Assembly (NCBI GenBank): GCA_965228475.1
Contig: OZ245817.1
Span: 1,312,001 to 1,376,000 of the forward strand
Length of the DNA: 64,000 bases
Reading direction: 5' to 3'
Source: Myxococcota bacterium
GTDB taxonomy: Bacteria; Myxococcota_A; UBA9160; JAFDDA01
A program made the translations under genes and the position numbers. The stretch's first letter is position 1. The number at the start of each line of letters is the position of its first letter. The notes beneath the pieces were generated by a model. That model did not search any database. It was not told where the DNA came from and worked only from the letters and a program-made list of their open reading frames with translations. Of the stretch, positions 40,577 to 54,398 are shown piece after piece.

Positions 40577-40759
40577 ACGTGCTGGGCGAGGCGGCTGCTT
40601 CCTAGTCGCACGCCCCGAGGCGGGGGCCAAGGCGCAAGCCGCGCGCAGGGCAGGAGCAGTCCGAGCCTCCTGGGGCCACACTTCGGAGGACGGTGCCTGT
40701 ACCCTGCCGCGAGCCCGCGGCACAATCCGGGCGCGGTTTCGGCCGATGAACGGGGAAGC

Positions 40760-41995
40760 ATGCCCATCGAAGACAAGACGCTCACGATCGTGGTCCCGGC
40801 GCTCGACGAGGAAGAGGCCATCGGCCAGACGGTGGAGCGATGCCTGGCGGCTCGCTCGGAGATCTGCGAGCGGACCGGTCTCGAGCGGGTCGAGGTCATC
40901 GTGGTCAGCGACGGCTCGACCGACGGGACGGAGCGCATCGCCCTCGGCTACGAAGAAGCCACCGTCGTCGTCTTCGAGAAGAACCGCGGCTACGGGGCGG
41001 CCATCCAGTGCGGTTTCGAGCAGGGCAGCGGTGCCTACGTGAGCTTCCTCGACGCCGACGGCACCTGCGACCCGCGCATGTTCTCCGACCTCTACCTCGC
41101 ACTGAAGGAGAACGGAGCGGCGGTGGCGCTGGGTTCGCGCATGGGGCCCGAGAGCGAGATGCCGCGCATCCGGACGCTCGGGAACCGCCTCTTCGCGCTC
41201 ATGCTCGGCGTCCTCGCCAAGCAGGTCGTCGGAGACACGGCGAGCGGGATGCGTGTGATTCGCCGGGACGCCCTGGCGGACCTCTACCCCCTGCCGGACG
41301 GGCTCCACTTCACCCCGGCCATGAGTGCTCGCGTGCTGCTCGAAGACAAGCTTCGGCTGGTCGAAGTGCCGATGCCCTATGCCGAGCGTGAGGGCGTCTC
41401 GAAGCTCTCGGTCCTGCGCGACGGAGTCCGCTTCTTCACGACGATCGCCCAGGCGGCCATGTGCTACCGGCCCGCGCGGCCGCTGCTCCTGGTCGCGGCG
41501 GCGCTCCTCCTCGCGAGTGCCGCGATCTCCTGGACCCCGCTCTCCTTCTACGCGGATCACCGCCGCCTCGAAGAGTGGATGATCTACCGCGTTCTGCTCT
41601 CGTCTCTCCTGGCGACGGGGGCGGCGCTCGCGGTGTGCGGGGCGGTGGTGGCCGAGCGCATCGCGGCCCTGGCGACCGGCCGGGTTCCGGCCTCGTCCGG
41701 CGTGACGGGCTGGGTGACGCGCTTCTTCTCGAAGCGGATGCGGCTTCTCGGGGGGTCGATCCTGGTCGTGGTGGCGACGGCGCTCGTCTGGCCGGGCCTC
41801 ACGCAGTACGCCCTTTCGGGAACCGTGGACCTGCACTGGTCGCGGATCGTTCTCTCCGCGCTGCTGCTCGTCGTGGCGATGGTGCTCGGTGTGACGACCT
41901 TCCTCCTCAACATGTCGGACCTCCTGCACGCGCGCCTTCGCCCCCAGGCTCTGGCCCTCCCGCCGGACCGCGTGCGCCGGGCGGCCGCCGCATGA
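40760..41995 (+). CDS. GT2 polyprenol-phosphate glycosyltransferase (DPM1/GtrB-like) with C-terminal TM helices
   Basis: VVPALDEE, DGSTDGT, NRGYGAA, FLDADGT, GSR, DTASGMR, YAEREGVSKL. Confidence 0.85.
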   Translation: MPIEDKTLTIVVPALDEEEAIGQTVERCLAARSEICERTGLERVEVIVVSDGSTDGTERIALGYEEATVVVFEKNRGYGAAIQCGFEQGSGAYVSFLDADGTCDPRMFSDLYLALKENGAAVALGSRMGPESEMPRIRTLGNRLFALMLGVLAKQVVGDTASGMRVIRRDALADLYPLPDGLHFTPAMSARVLLEDKLRLVEVPMPYAEREGVSKLSVLRDGVRFFTTIAQAAMCYRPARPLLLVAAALLLASAAISWTPLSFYADHRRLEEWMIYRVLLSSLLATGAALAVCGAVVAERIAALATGRVPASSGVTGWVTRFFSKRMRLLGGSILVVVATALVWPGLTQYALSGTVDLHWSRIVLSALLLVVAMVLGVTTFLLNMSDLLHARLRPQALALPPDRVRRAAAA

Positions 41996-42729
41996 GCGAG
42001 GACGGACGCACCGCCTTCGACTCCCACACGACCGAGGACGGACGCGCTGCCTTCGACTCCCACGCGAGCGAGTACGAGACGCAGTGCATGGAGGGCCTCT
42101 CTCTCAGTGGAGAGTCGAAGGCCTACTTCGCAGAGGGCCGAATCGCCTTCCTGCGGGCATGGTGGGAGAGCGAGGGACGTCCGGCGCCCGAGACGATCGT
42201 CGACTACGGGTGTGGGGTCGGAGACGTCGCGCCGCTTCTCGCCGAGGCGTTCCCGGCGAGCCGGATCGTCGGCGTCGACCCCTCGTCGGCGTGCATCGCG
42301 CGCGCGAACGAGCAGTTCGCGGGGGAGCGCATCCGTTTCGAGACGATGGAAGGCTTCCGCGCCGAAGAAGCCGACCTCATCCACCTGAACGGCGTCGTCC
42401 ACCACGTCCCGCCAGCGGAACGGGAGGCCCTCTTCGGGGCGCTCGCCGCGGCCACGCGCGCCGGCGGGGTGGTGGCGCTGTTCGAGAACAACCCGGCGAA
42501 CCCGGGGACGCGCCTCGTCATGTCCCGCATTCCCTTCGATCGCGATGCCGTGCTCGTGTGGCCGCTCGAGGCGCGCCGCCGGCTGCGCGCCGCCGGGCTC
42601 TCGCCGGAGATCACGCGGTATCTCTTCTACTTCCCCGCGGCTCTCGGGGCGCTTCGCCCGGCGGAGCGCTGGCTCGGGCGCGTGCCTCTCGGTGCGCAGT
42701 ACGGCGTTCTGGCCGTCCGCGACGCATGA
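41992..42729 (+). CDS. Class I SAM-dependent methyltransferase
   Basis: IVDYGCGVG, GVDPS, GVVHHVP, FENNPANPGTR, LGAQY; ATGA overlap. Confidence 0.88.
   Translation: MSEDGRTAFDSHTTEDGRAAFDSHASEYETQCMEGLSLSGESKAYFAEGRIAFLRAWWESEGRPAPETIVDYGCGVGDVAPLLAEAFPASRIVGVDPSSACIARANEQFAGERIRFETMEGFRAEEADLIHLNGVVHHVPPAEREALFGALAAATRAGGVVALFENNPANPGTRLVMSRIPFDRDAVLVWPLEARRRLRAAGLSPEITRYLFYFPAALGALRPAERWLGRVPLGAQYGVLAVRDA
41998..42069 (+). repeat. In-frame 36-bp tandem duplication at methyltransferase N-terminus
   Basis: EDGRTAFDSHTT / EDGRAAFDSHAS with near-identical DNA. Confidence 0.85.
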
Positions 42730-44159
42730 GCCAGGAGGTCCCTCGAGGGCTCGTAGCGACCGCGGTGATCACGACGATCTGCGTCTGCGGGTGGGTCACC
42801 TTCTTCATGAGCGCCGGATTCGGCGCGAGCTTCGGTGACCTCTCGACGTTCTATACCGACTACACGGCGAACGCGTTCGTTGCGGGCCGGACCCATCTCG
42901 AGATCCCGCAGGATCACGTCTGGGACACGCTCTACTACGAGGGGAAGTTCTACTCCTATTGGGGGCCCGTTCCCGCGCTGTTCCTGGCCGCCGCCAAGCT
43001 GTCGTTGTCGCTGTCCGAGAGAGTCAGCGACTCCGTGCTCGTCTATTGCATCGCTCTGGCCCGGACCGTGGTGGTCTCGGGTCTGGTCGTTGGCATCTTC
43101 CTCACGTGGTTTCGCCACAAGGGCTGGCTGTCGCTGCTCTTCGGCCTGTTGATCGTCCACCTCGCCAGTCCGTTCCCGTACACGATCGGACGCGCGCACG
43201 TCTATGAGGTGAACGTTCTCGCAGCGCAGCTCTTCTACTCGCTCGGGCTGCTCCTGGCTTTCCTGGCCTGGACGCAGCCGAAATACCGTGCCTTGCTGAT
43301 GCTGCTGGTGGGGGTGGCGTGGGCGCTCGCGCTGGGGAGCCGGGCGAGCTACCTCGTCTGCATCGCCGCGTCCTATCTGGCGCTGGCGGTTCTCGGCTAC
43401 CTCCAGAGCCAACGCGAAGGCTCGTACCGAAGCGCCGTCCAGCACATGGCCTGCGTGGTGCTGCCGGTATTCACTGCCGGCTGCGGACTGCTCTACTACA
43501 ACTTCGTCCGGTTCGGGAGCTTCGTCGATTTCGGCCTCGAGTATCAGAAGGGCCTCGGCTTCGCGCACTGGTCGATCCGCTACCTCGGATCCAACCTCGA
43601 GAGGTATCTGTTCAAGGCGCCGGCTTCGTCCTCGTTCTTCCCGTACGTCTATCGCGGTGGGAAGGAAGATCAGCTGATCCAGGCCGGGGACCCAGCGCTC
43701 TGGCACGTGCACTGGGATACGATCGGGCTCGTCCATACGTTCCCGTTCGTCCTGTTCGTCGCGGTCGGGGCCTTCCTTTGCATTCGGAGCTGCCTCGGCC
43801 GAGGAGCGGGCGGGAACGAAGCGGGCCGTCGCGCGAAGGGCGTTGCAGCGCTCTTTCTGCCGTTGCTGCTCGTTTCTCTCGCGAGCTACGCCCCGCTCGC
43901 GCTCTTCTGGATCACCTCCGTGAGATACATGAACGACTTCATGCTGGGGTTGGCCGCTTGCAGCGTGATGGGGTACTGGCTGGTCGAGTTCCCTGCCCAC
44001 GGAGCCGGACGGGTTCTGCAGGCTTTGGCCGTCGCCCTCGGGCTCTACAGCCTGGCGGTTTCCCTCTTGCTCGGGTTCAGCGGCGAGGGCGGGTTCTTCG
44101 CCCTGAAGAACCCTCAACTCATCGGCGAGATCCGGTCGGTCCTGGACGGCGCGCGGTGA
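42726..44159 (+). CDS. Polytopic membrane protein, probable GT-C-type glycosyltransferase
   Basis: About 10-11 hydrophobic segments; loop WDTLYYEGKFYSYWGPVPALF; YNFVRFGS; coupled to GT2-MTase; visibly more A/T-ending codons. Confidence 0.65.
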   Translation: MSQEVPRGLVATAVITTICVCGWVTFFMSAGFGASFGDLSTFYTDYTANAFVAGRTHLEIPQDHVWDTLYYEGKFYSYWGPVPALFLAAAKLSLSLSERVSDSVLVYCIALARTVVVSGLVVGIFLTWFRHKGWLSLLFGLLIVHLASPFPYTIGRAHVYEVNVLAAQLFYSLGLLLAFLAWTQPKYRALLMLLVGVAWALALGSRASYLVCIAASYLALAVLGYLQSQREGSYRSAVQHMACVVLPVFTAGCGLLYYNFVRFGSFVDFGLEYQKGLGFAHWSIRYLGSNLERYLFKAPASSSFFPYVYRGGKEDQLIQAGDPALWHVHWDTIGLVHTFPFVLFVAVGAFLCIRSCLGRGAGGNEAGRRAKGVAALFLPLLLVSLASYAPLALFWITSVRYMNDFMLGLAACSVMGYWLVEFPAHGAGRVLQALAVALGLYSLAVSLLLGFSGEGGFFALKNPQLIGEIRSVLDGAR

Positions 44160-44244
44160 AGGCGCTGAAAAGGTACGGTCCGTCGGGTATGAGGGGGTTG
44201 GCGTGAGCCTGACCGAAGAGCACGAAGGAGATTCTTCCGCATGA
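44156..44244 (+). other. Two chained bridging mini-ORFs: 44156-44206 (16 codons) and 44203-44244 (13 codons)
   Basis: GTGA, GTGA and ATGA overlaps link the membrane gene stop to the glpK start. Confidence 0.4.
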
Positions 44245-45731
44245 GCTACGTGATGGCGCTCGATCAGGGCACGACCTCTTCCCGGGCGATCCTGTTCGGC
44301 AGGGAAGGCGAGATCGTCGCCGTCGATCAGTACGAGTTCACCCAGCACTTTCCGGAGCCCGGCTGGGTCGAGCACGACCCGATGGAGATCTGGGACAGCC
44401 AGCTCCGCGCGGCCCGGGGCGTGCTCGAGAAGGCCGGCGCCACCGCCGCGGACGTCGCGGCCATCGGCATCACGAACCAGCGCGAGACCACGGTGGTGTG
44501 GGATCGCGCGACCGGCGAGCCGATCTACCGGGCGATCGTCTGGCAATCCCGCCAGACCGCACCGATCTGCGACGAGCTGCGCGCCCGGGGCCTCGAGGAC
44601 GAGGTGCGCGACCGCACCGGGCTCGTGATCGACGCGTACTTCTCCGGGACGAAGGCTCGCTTCATCCTCGACCGCGTCGACGGTGCGCGCGAGCGCGCGG
44701 CGCGCGGCGAACTCTGCTTCGGCACGATCGACACCTGGCTCGTCTACCAGCTCACGAAGGGCCGCGTCCACGCGACCGAGTACTCGAACGCCTCGCGCAC
44801 GCTGCTCTACAACGTGCACGAGCGCGAGTGGGACGAGCGGCTGCTCGCCGAGCTCGACGTGCCGCGCGAGATGCTTCCGGAGGTGCGGGATTCGAGCGGC
44901 GTGCTCGGGGAGGCCGACGCGGAGTGGCTCGGCGCCCCGGTGCCCATCGCGGGCATGGCCGGCGACCAGCAGGCCGCGCTCTTCGGCCAGGCCTGCTTCA
45001 CGCCCGGCCGCGCGAAGAACACCTACGGCACGGGCTGCTTCCTGCTCATGAACACCGGCGAGAACGCCCACCGCTCGAAGACCGGGCTGCTCACGACCCT
45101 CGCCTGGGGCATCGACGGCCGGGTCGAGTACGCGCTCGAGGGCTCGATCTTCGTGGCGGGCTCGGCCGTGCAGTGGCTGCGCGACGGCATCGGCCTCGTC
45201 GCCGACGCCGCCGAGACGCAGGCGGCCGCGGAGTCGGTGCCGGACACCGGCGGGGTGTACCTCGTCCCCGCCTTCACGGGGCTCGGCGCGCCGTACTGGG
45301 ACGAGCGGGCGCGCGGCGCGCTCCTCGGTCTCACTCGGGGCACCACGCGCGAGCACCTGATCCGCGCGACGCTCGAGGCGATCGCCTACCAGACGCGCGA
45401 CGTGGTCGAGTGCGTCGGGACGGACTCGGGCCTCGCCCTCGACGTGCTGCGCGTGGACGGCGGCGCCTGCCAGAACGACTTCCTGATGCAGTTCCAGGCG
45501 GACATCCTCGGCACGGCGGTCTCGCGCCCCGAGGTGCTCGAGGTGACGGCCCTCGGGGCCGCGGCCCTGGCCGGGCTCGGCGTGGGCTACTGGAGCGATC
45601 GCGCCGCCCTCGAGGCCGCAACGGGCGGCGGCCGCGTCTTCGAGCCCGCGATGGGTGTGGACCAGCGCGAGGCGCTCTATGCCGGGTGGAAGCGCGCTGT
45701 CGAGCGCTCGCGCGATTGGGCGGACGCTTGA
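44241..45731 (+). CDS. glpK: Glycerol kinase
   Basis: [53 protein letters not shown]. Confidence 0.97.
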   Translation: MSYVMALDQGTTSSRAILFGREGEIVAVDQYEFTQHFPEPGWVEHDPMEIWDSQLRAARGVLEKAGATAADVAAIGITNQRETTVVWDRATGEPIYRAIVWQSRQTAPICDELRARGLEDEVRDRTGLVIDAYFSGTKARFILDRVDGARERAARGELCFGTIDTWLVYQLTKGRVHATEYSNASRTLLYNVHEREWDERLLAELDVPREMLPEVRDSSGVLGEADAEWLGAPVPIAGMAGDQQAALFGQACFTPGRAKNTYGTGCFLLMNTGENAHRSKTGLLTTLAWGIDGRVEYALEGSIFVAGSAVQWLRDGIGLVADAAETQAAAESVPDTGGVYLVPAFTGLGAPYWDERARGALLGLTRGTTREHLIRATLEAIAYQTRDVVECVGTDSGLALDVLRVDGGACQNDFLMQFQADILGTAVSRPEVLEVTALGAAALAGLGVGYWSDRAALEAATGGGRVFEPAMGVDQREALYAGWKRAVERSRDWADA

Positions 45732-46453
45732 TGCCGCGGGCCCAGGGCAACCTCCCCAAGGTCATCGCTCATCGCGGCGCCTCCGGGCACCGCCCCGAGA
45801 ACACGGGGCCGGCCTTCGCCCTCGCCGTCGAGCAGGGCGCCGACATGATCGAGACCGATCTCCACCTCACGCGAGACGGCGAGATCGTGCTGACCCACGA
45901 CGCGACGCTCGATCATCTCGGTTCGGAGGGCGAGGTCGCCGACGTCGACTGGGCGAAGCTCGCCGAGCTCGATGCCGGGGAGGGCGAGCGCGTGCCGCGC
46001 CTCGCCGAGACCCTCGACGCGTTCGGTCAGAAGATCCCGTGGAACCTCGAGATCAAGAAGCCGACGGACGCCCGCTACTACGACGGGATCGAGGCCATGG
46101 CCCTCGAGGCCGTGAAGCAGCGCGGCCTGCTCGAAGAAACACTGTTCTCCTGTTTCTGGGATCCGGTTCTCGCTCGCGTGAAGGAGCTCGAGCCGCGCGC
46201 ACGCGTCGGGCTGCTGCTCGACCCGCGCTATCCGCACGAGCCGATCGCCCGCGCGCAGGCGCTCGGGGCGGAGGCCCTGAACCCGCATTTCTCGATGATC
46301 GACGAGGGGTTGCTCACCGAGGCCCAGGCCGCCGGCCTGGCCGTCTACTCCTACACGGTGGATGCCACCGACGAGATCCGCCGCCTGGTGGCCCTCGGGG
46401 TGGACGGGCTCTTCACGAACCACCCGGACCGGATGCGCGCCCTGATCGACTGA
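45731..46453 (+). CDS. Glycerophosphodiester phosphodiesterase
   Basis: IAHRGAS..PENT, IETDLHLTRDG, HD, NLEIK, YTVD, GVDGLFTNHP; TGATG overlap. Confidence 0.92.
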   Translation: MPRAQGNLPKVIAHRGASGHRPENTGPAFALAVEQGADMIETDLHLTRDGEIVLTHDATLDHLGSEGEVADVDWAKLAELDAGEGERVPRLAETLDAFGQKIPWNLEIKKPTDARYYDGIEAMALEAVKQRGLLEETLFSCFWDPVLARVKELEPRARVGLLLDPRYPHEPIARAQALGAEALNPHFSMIDEGLLTEAQAAGLAVYSYTVDATDEIRRLVALGVDGLFTNHPDRMRALID

Positions 46454-46511
46454 CGGCCCGTCTCCCTGGCGCGTTGTCCCCGCGGGGAAAGTGCTCGTTT
46501 TCCGAAAACGG

Positions 46512-46540
46512 TTGAGATCGAGGCCCTTCTAGGGTTTACT
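46512..46540 (+). promoter_or_regulatory. Putative promoter for Lrp-gltBD
   Basis: TTGAGA, 17-nt spacer, TTTACT in an AT-richer gap. Confidence 0.3.
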
Positions 46541-46567
46541 CGTTCGGCCTTTCGGGGCTTTCGCCTA

Positions 46568-47151
46568 ATGAAGCTGAACCAATCGGGTACGGACGCCGGC
46601 TCGCTCGAGCTCGATGCGATCGATCTGCGGATCCTCGGTCTGCTGCAGGACAACTGCAAGCAGTCCCTGGCGACCCTCGGCGAGCAGGTCCAGCTCTCGG
46701 CCCCGGCGGTGATGGAGCGGGTCCACAAGCTCGAGCAGGCGAACGTGATCCGCGGCTACTCCGCGGTGCTCGACGCCCGGGCTCTCGGGATGGACGTCGC
46801 GGCCTTCATCGGCGTTTCCCTGAGCCACCCGCAGTACATCGAACGCTTCCTCGGTGAACTCAAAGGCGTTCCCGACGTGCTCGAATCCCATCACGTGACG
46901 GGTGAGCACACGCTGATGTTGAAGGTGAAGACCCGGAACACGGCCGAGCTCGAGCGGCTGATCGACGGCATCCGCCGCGTCGAGGGCGTGACCCGGACCG
47001 AAACGAACGTGGTGCTCTCTTCCCAGCGCGAGACCCTGCGGGTCCCGCTGGATCTCGAGAGCGCCGTACCGCGGGAGCGCGGCCGCCGAAGCGGGCCGCG
47101 CAGCCGGCGCACCGGCCGCCGCCCCGACGATGGATCGCAGGAGGATCGAGC

Positions 47152-47155
<4 letters not shown>
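46568..47155 (+). CDS. Lrp/AsnC family transcriptional regulator
   Basis: [43 protein letters not shown]. Confidence 0.92.
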
Positions 47156-51649
<4,494 letters not shown>

Positions 51650-51657
<8 letters not shown>

Positions 51658-53110
51658 GGTCACCGGATTCCTGGAGTACGGCCGCGAGAACACGCCCTAC
51701 CGGCCCGTGGAAGAGCGGCTCGAGGATTGGAACGAGGTCCAGCAGGACCCGCCCGTCGAAGCCGTGCAGAAGCAGGCGGCGCGCTGCATGGATTGCGGCA
51801 TCCCGTTCTGCAACAACGGCTGCCCGCTCGGGAACATCATCCCGGACTGGAACGACTTCGCCTTCCGCGACAAATGGGAAGACGCGATCGCGCGGCTCCA
51901 CTCGACGAACAACTTCCCGGAGTTCACCGGCCTCGTCTGCCCCGCGCCCTGCGAAGCGGCGTGCGTGCTCGGCATCAACCAGGACCCGGTGACGATCAAG
52001 CAGATCGAGTGGGAGATCATCCGCCGCGCCTGGGAGGAGGGCTGGATCAAGCCGGTGAAGCCCGAGAAGCGCAGCGGGCGCTCGGTGGCCGTCGTGGGCT
52101 CGGGGCCGGCCGGCCTGGCCGCCGCCCAGCAGCTCTCGCGCGCCGGGCACACCGTGACGCTCTTCGAGAAGCAGGACCGCATCGGCGGCCTCCTCCGCTA
52201 CGGCATCCCGGACTTCAAGCTCGAGAAGTGGATCATCGACCGCCGGCTCGACCAGATGCGGGAAGAGGGCGTCCAGTTCCAGACCGGCGTGAACGTCGGC
52301 GTGGACCTGAGCGTCGCGGACCTTCGCAAGAGCTTCGACGCGGTGCTCCTGACCACCGGCTCCGAACACCCGCGGGATCTGCCCGTCCCGGGCCGCGAGC
52401 TCGACGGCGTCCACTTCGCGATGGATTTCCTGCGGCAGTCGAACAAGCGCAACGCCGGGGACGCGATCCCCGAGGACGAGGTCATCCTCGCCACGGACAA
52501 GCACGTGATCGTGCTCGGCGGCGGTGACACGGGCTCGGACTGCATCGGCACCTCGCACCGCCAGGGCGCGAAGTCGGTCACGTCGATCGAGCTGCTCGAG
52601 CGTCCGCCGAACACGCGCGCCGAGAGCACGCCGTGGCCGGACTGGCCGCTCATGTTCCGCACGTCGAGCTCCCACGAAGAGGGCGGCGAGCGCATCTACG
52701 CCCGGCTCACCAAGACCCTCCGGGGCGAGGACGGCAAGCTCGTGGCGCTCCAGGGCGTCGAGGTCCGCTTCGGCGAGCCCGACGCGAGCGGCCGGCCCCA
52801 GATGGAGGAGGTCGCCGGAAGCGAGTTCGAGCTCCCCGCGGACCTCGTGCTCCTGGCAATGGGCTTCGTGCACCCGGTGCAGGAGGGCCTCGTCGAAGGG
52901 CTCGGCCTGAAGCTCGATGGCCGGGGCAACGTCGAGGCCGACACGAGCGAGTTCGCGACCAGCGAACCCGGCGTCTTCGCCGCAGGGGACTGCCGTCGCG
53001 GGCAGTCGCTCGTGGTGTGGGCGATCTGGGAGGGTCGCGAAGCGGCCCGTTCCGTCGATCGCTACCTCGCCGGCAGCACGCGGCTTCAGTCGCGGACCTC
53101 CGCCTGGTAG
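51650..53110 (+). CDS. gltD: Glutamate synthase small subunit
   Basis: [54 protein letters not shown]. Confidence 0.97.
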
Positions 53111-53171
53111 CCCCGTCGCTTCGCGCGAAACCCCGTTTGTTGGCAGTGTCGACGGCTCCACGACGCGGCCG

Positions 53172-53199
53172 TTGACGCCCGTTCCCTCGCCGGTACGAT
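53172..53199 (+). promoter_or_regulatory. Putative sigma70 promoter for zapB-zapA-ygfA-tyrS
   Basis: TTGACG (53172-53177), 16-nt spacer, TACGAT (53194-53199). Confidence 0.55.
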
Positions 53200-53221
53200 C
53201 CACGGCGTAGGGGGGGTCGTC

Positions 53222-53494
53222 ATTCGCAACGCTGCCACCGTCGCCGGAGCGGACTCCTTCGCGCTGCTCGAAGAGCGCGTCGAGAGCCTGACCAAGTCCT
53301 ACCGCCTCTTGAAGCGAGAGCATGCGTCCGTTCGCGGTGCACTCGAGGCCCGCGAGCGCCGCGTGCGCGAGCTCGAGGCGGAGATTCGCGATCTCAACCA
53401 GCGCCGTCAGGATGCCGGCAAGCGGCTCGACGAGCTCCTGCATCGCATCGAGCAGCTCGACGAACGGCTCTCGGCCGGCGGCTCCTCGGCGTGA
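53222..53494 (+). CDS. zapB: ZapB-like coiled-coil cell division protein (probable ATT start; first canonical start TTG 53309)
   Basis: Continuous heptad pattern FALLEERVESL...RLDELLHRIEQL; GTGA overlap with zapA. Confidence 0.65.
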   Translation: MRNAATVAGADSFALLEERVESLTKSYRLLKREHASVRGALEARERRVRELEAEIRDLNQRRQDAGKRLDELLHRIEQLDERLSAGGSSA

Positions 53495-53790
53495 GCGAGG
53501 CGCGCTCCCACGCCGTCCGGATCCAGGGGCAGGAGTACCGTCTGCGCAGCGACGCCGACGATGCGTCCGTCCAGCGCCTCGCCGAGTTCGTGGACGCCAC
53601 GATGGACAAGGTCCGCGAGCGAACCCACACCGTCGACAGCCGCGACGTCGCGGTGCTCTCCGCGCTGAACCTCGCCCGGGACCTGCTCGCCCTGCGGGAG
53701 TCCGGCGTGGTGGGGGACGGCGCCCAGCGGGTCGAGACCGCACGGATCGATGCGTTGATCGAGCGCATCGATGCGGCGGAGCAGGACTGA
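53491..53790 (+). CDS. zapA: Cell division protein ZapA
   Basis: VRIQGQEYRLRS, LAEFVDATM, VAVLSALNLA. Confidence 0.92.
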   Translation: MSEARSHAVRIQGQEYRLRSDADDASVQRLAEFVDATMDKVRERTHTVDSRDVAVLSALNLARDLLALRESGVVGDGAQRVETARIDALIERIDAAEQD

Positions 53791-54398
53791 CGGACCCCAC
53801 CGCCGAACACCTCGCCCGGAAGAAGGTCCTGCGGGAGCGCATGGCGGCGCTTCGGCGCGGTCTCTCGCAGGCGTCCGCGGAGGAGGCGGCCCGCGCGGTC
53901 TTCGAGCGCCTGCTCCAGCTCGAAGGGTTCGACCGCGTCGAACGCATCGGGCTCTACGCCGCGACGGCGGGGGAGATCCCCACCCGAGCCTGGCTCTCCG
54001 ATCTGACCGCGCGCGGCAAGCGCTGTCTCTTCCCGCGCTGCACGGACGAGGGCACGCTCGAGTTCGCCGAGGCGGGAGCCTTCGATGAACTCGCCCCCGG
54101 ACGCTACGGTGTGCTGGAGCCCGTGGCGGATGCCACGCGGCTGCGAACGGAGGATTGGGTGATCGTTCCCGGGATGGCATTCGACGAGCGGGGTGGGCGC
54201 CTCGGACGCGGCCGCGCCTACTACGACCGGACCTTTCCGGCGGGCGCGGCGACGCCCCTCCGCATCGGCGTGGCCCTCGAGGCGCAGTGCGTCGACGCCC
54301 TGCCGATGGACGCCCACGACCGCCCGGTGGACGTGCTCCTGACCGAATCGCGCACGCGCTACTTCCGGGCCGCGCGTGGACACGGGGAGCGAGCATGA
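53787..54398 (+). CDS. ygfA: 5-formyltetrahydrofolate cyclo-ligase (start CTG 53787 or ATG 53841)
   Basis: KKVLRERM, YGVLEP, IVPGMAFD..GGRLGRGRAYYDR, HDRPVDVLLTE. Confidence 0.92.
   Translation: MTDPTAEHLARKKVLRERMAALRRGLSQASAEEAARAVFERLLQLEGFDRVERIGLYAATAGEIPTRAWLSDLTARGKRCLFPRCTDEGTLEFAEAGAFDELAPGRYGVLEPVADATRLRTEDWVIVPGMAFDERGGRLGRGRAYYDRTFPAGAATPLRIGVALEAQCVDALPMDAHDRPVDVLLTESRTRYFRAARGHGERA

Noticed and set aside
40580..40700. SRP RNA next to ftsY (minus-strand GGAAGCAGC)
   Set aside because: The preceding CAGG-NCC-GNRA part of helix 8 and the long stem are absent
46450..46568. Mini-ORF chain between GDPD and Lrp
   Set aside because: The chain ends at TAG 46532, short of the Lrp start; a promoter-like sequence occupies the gap
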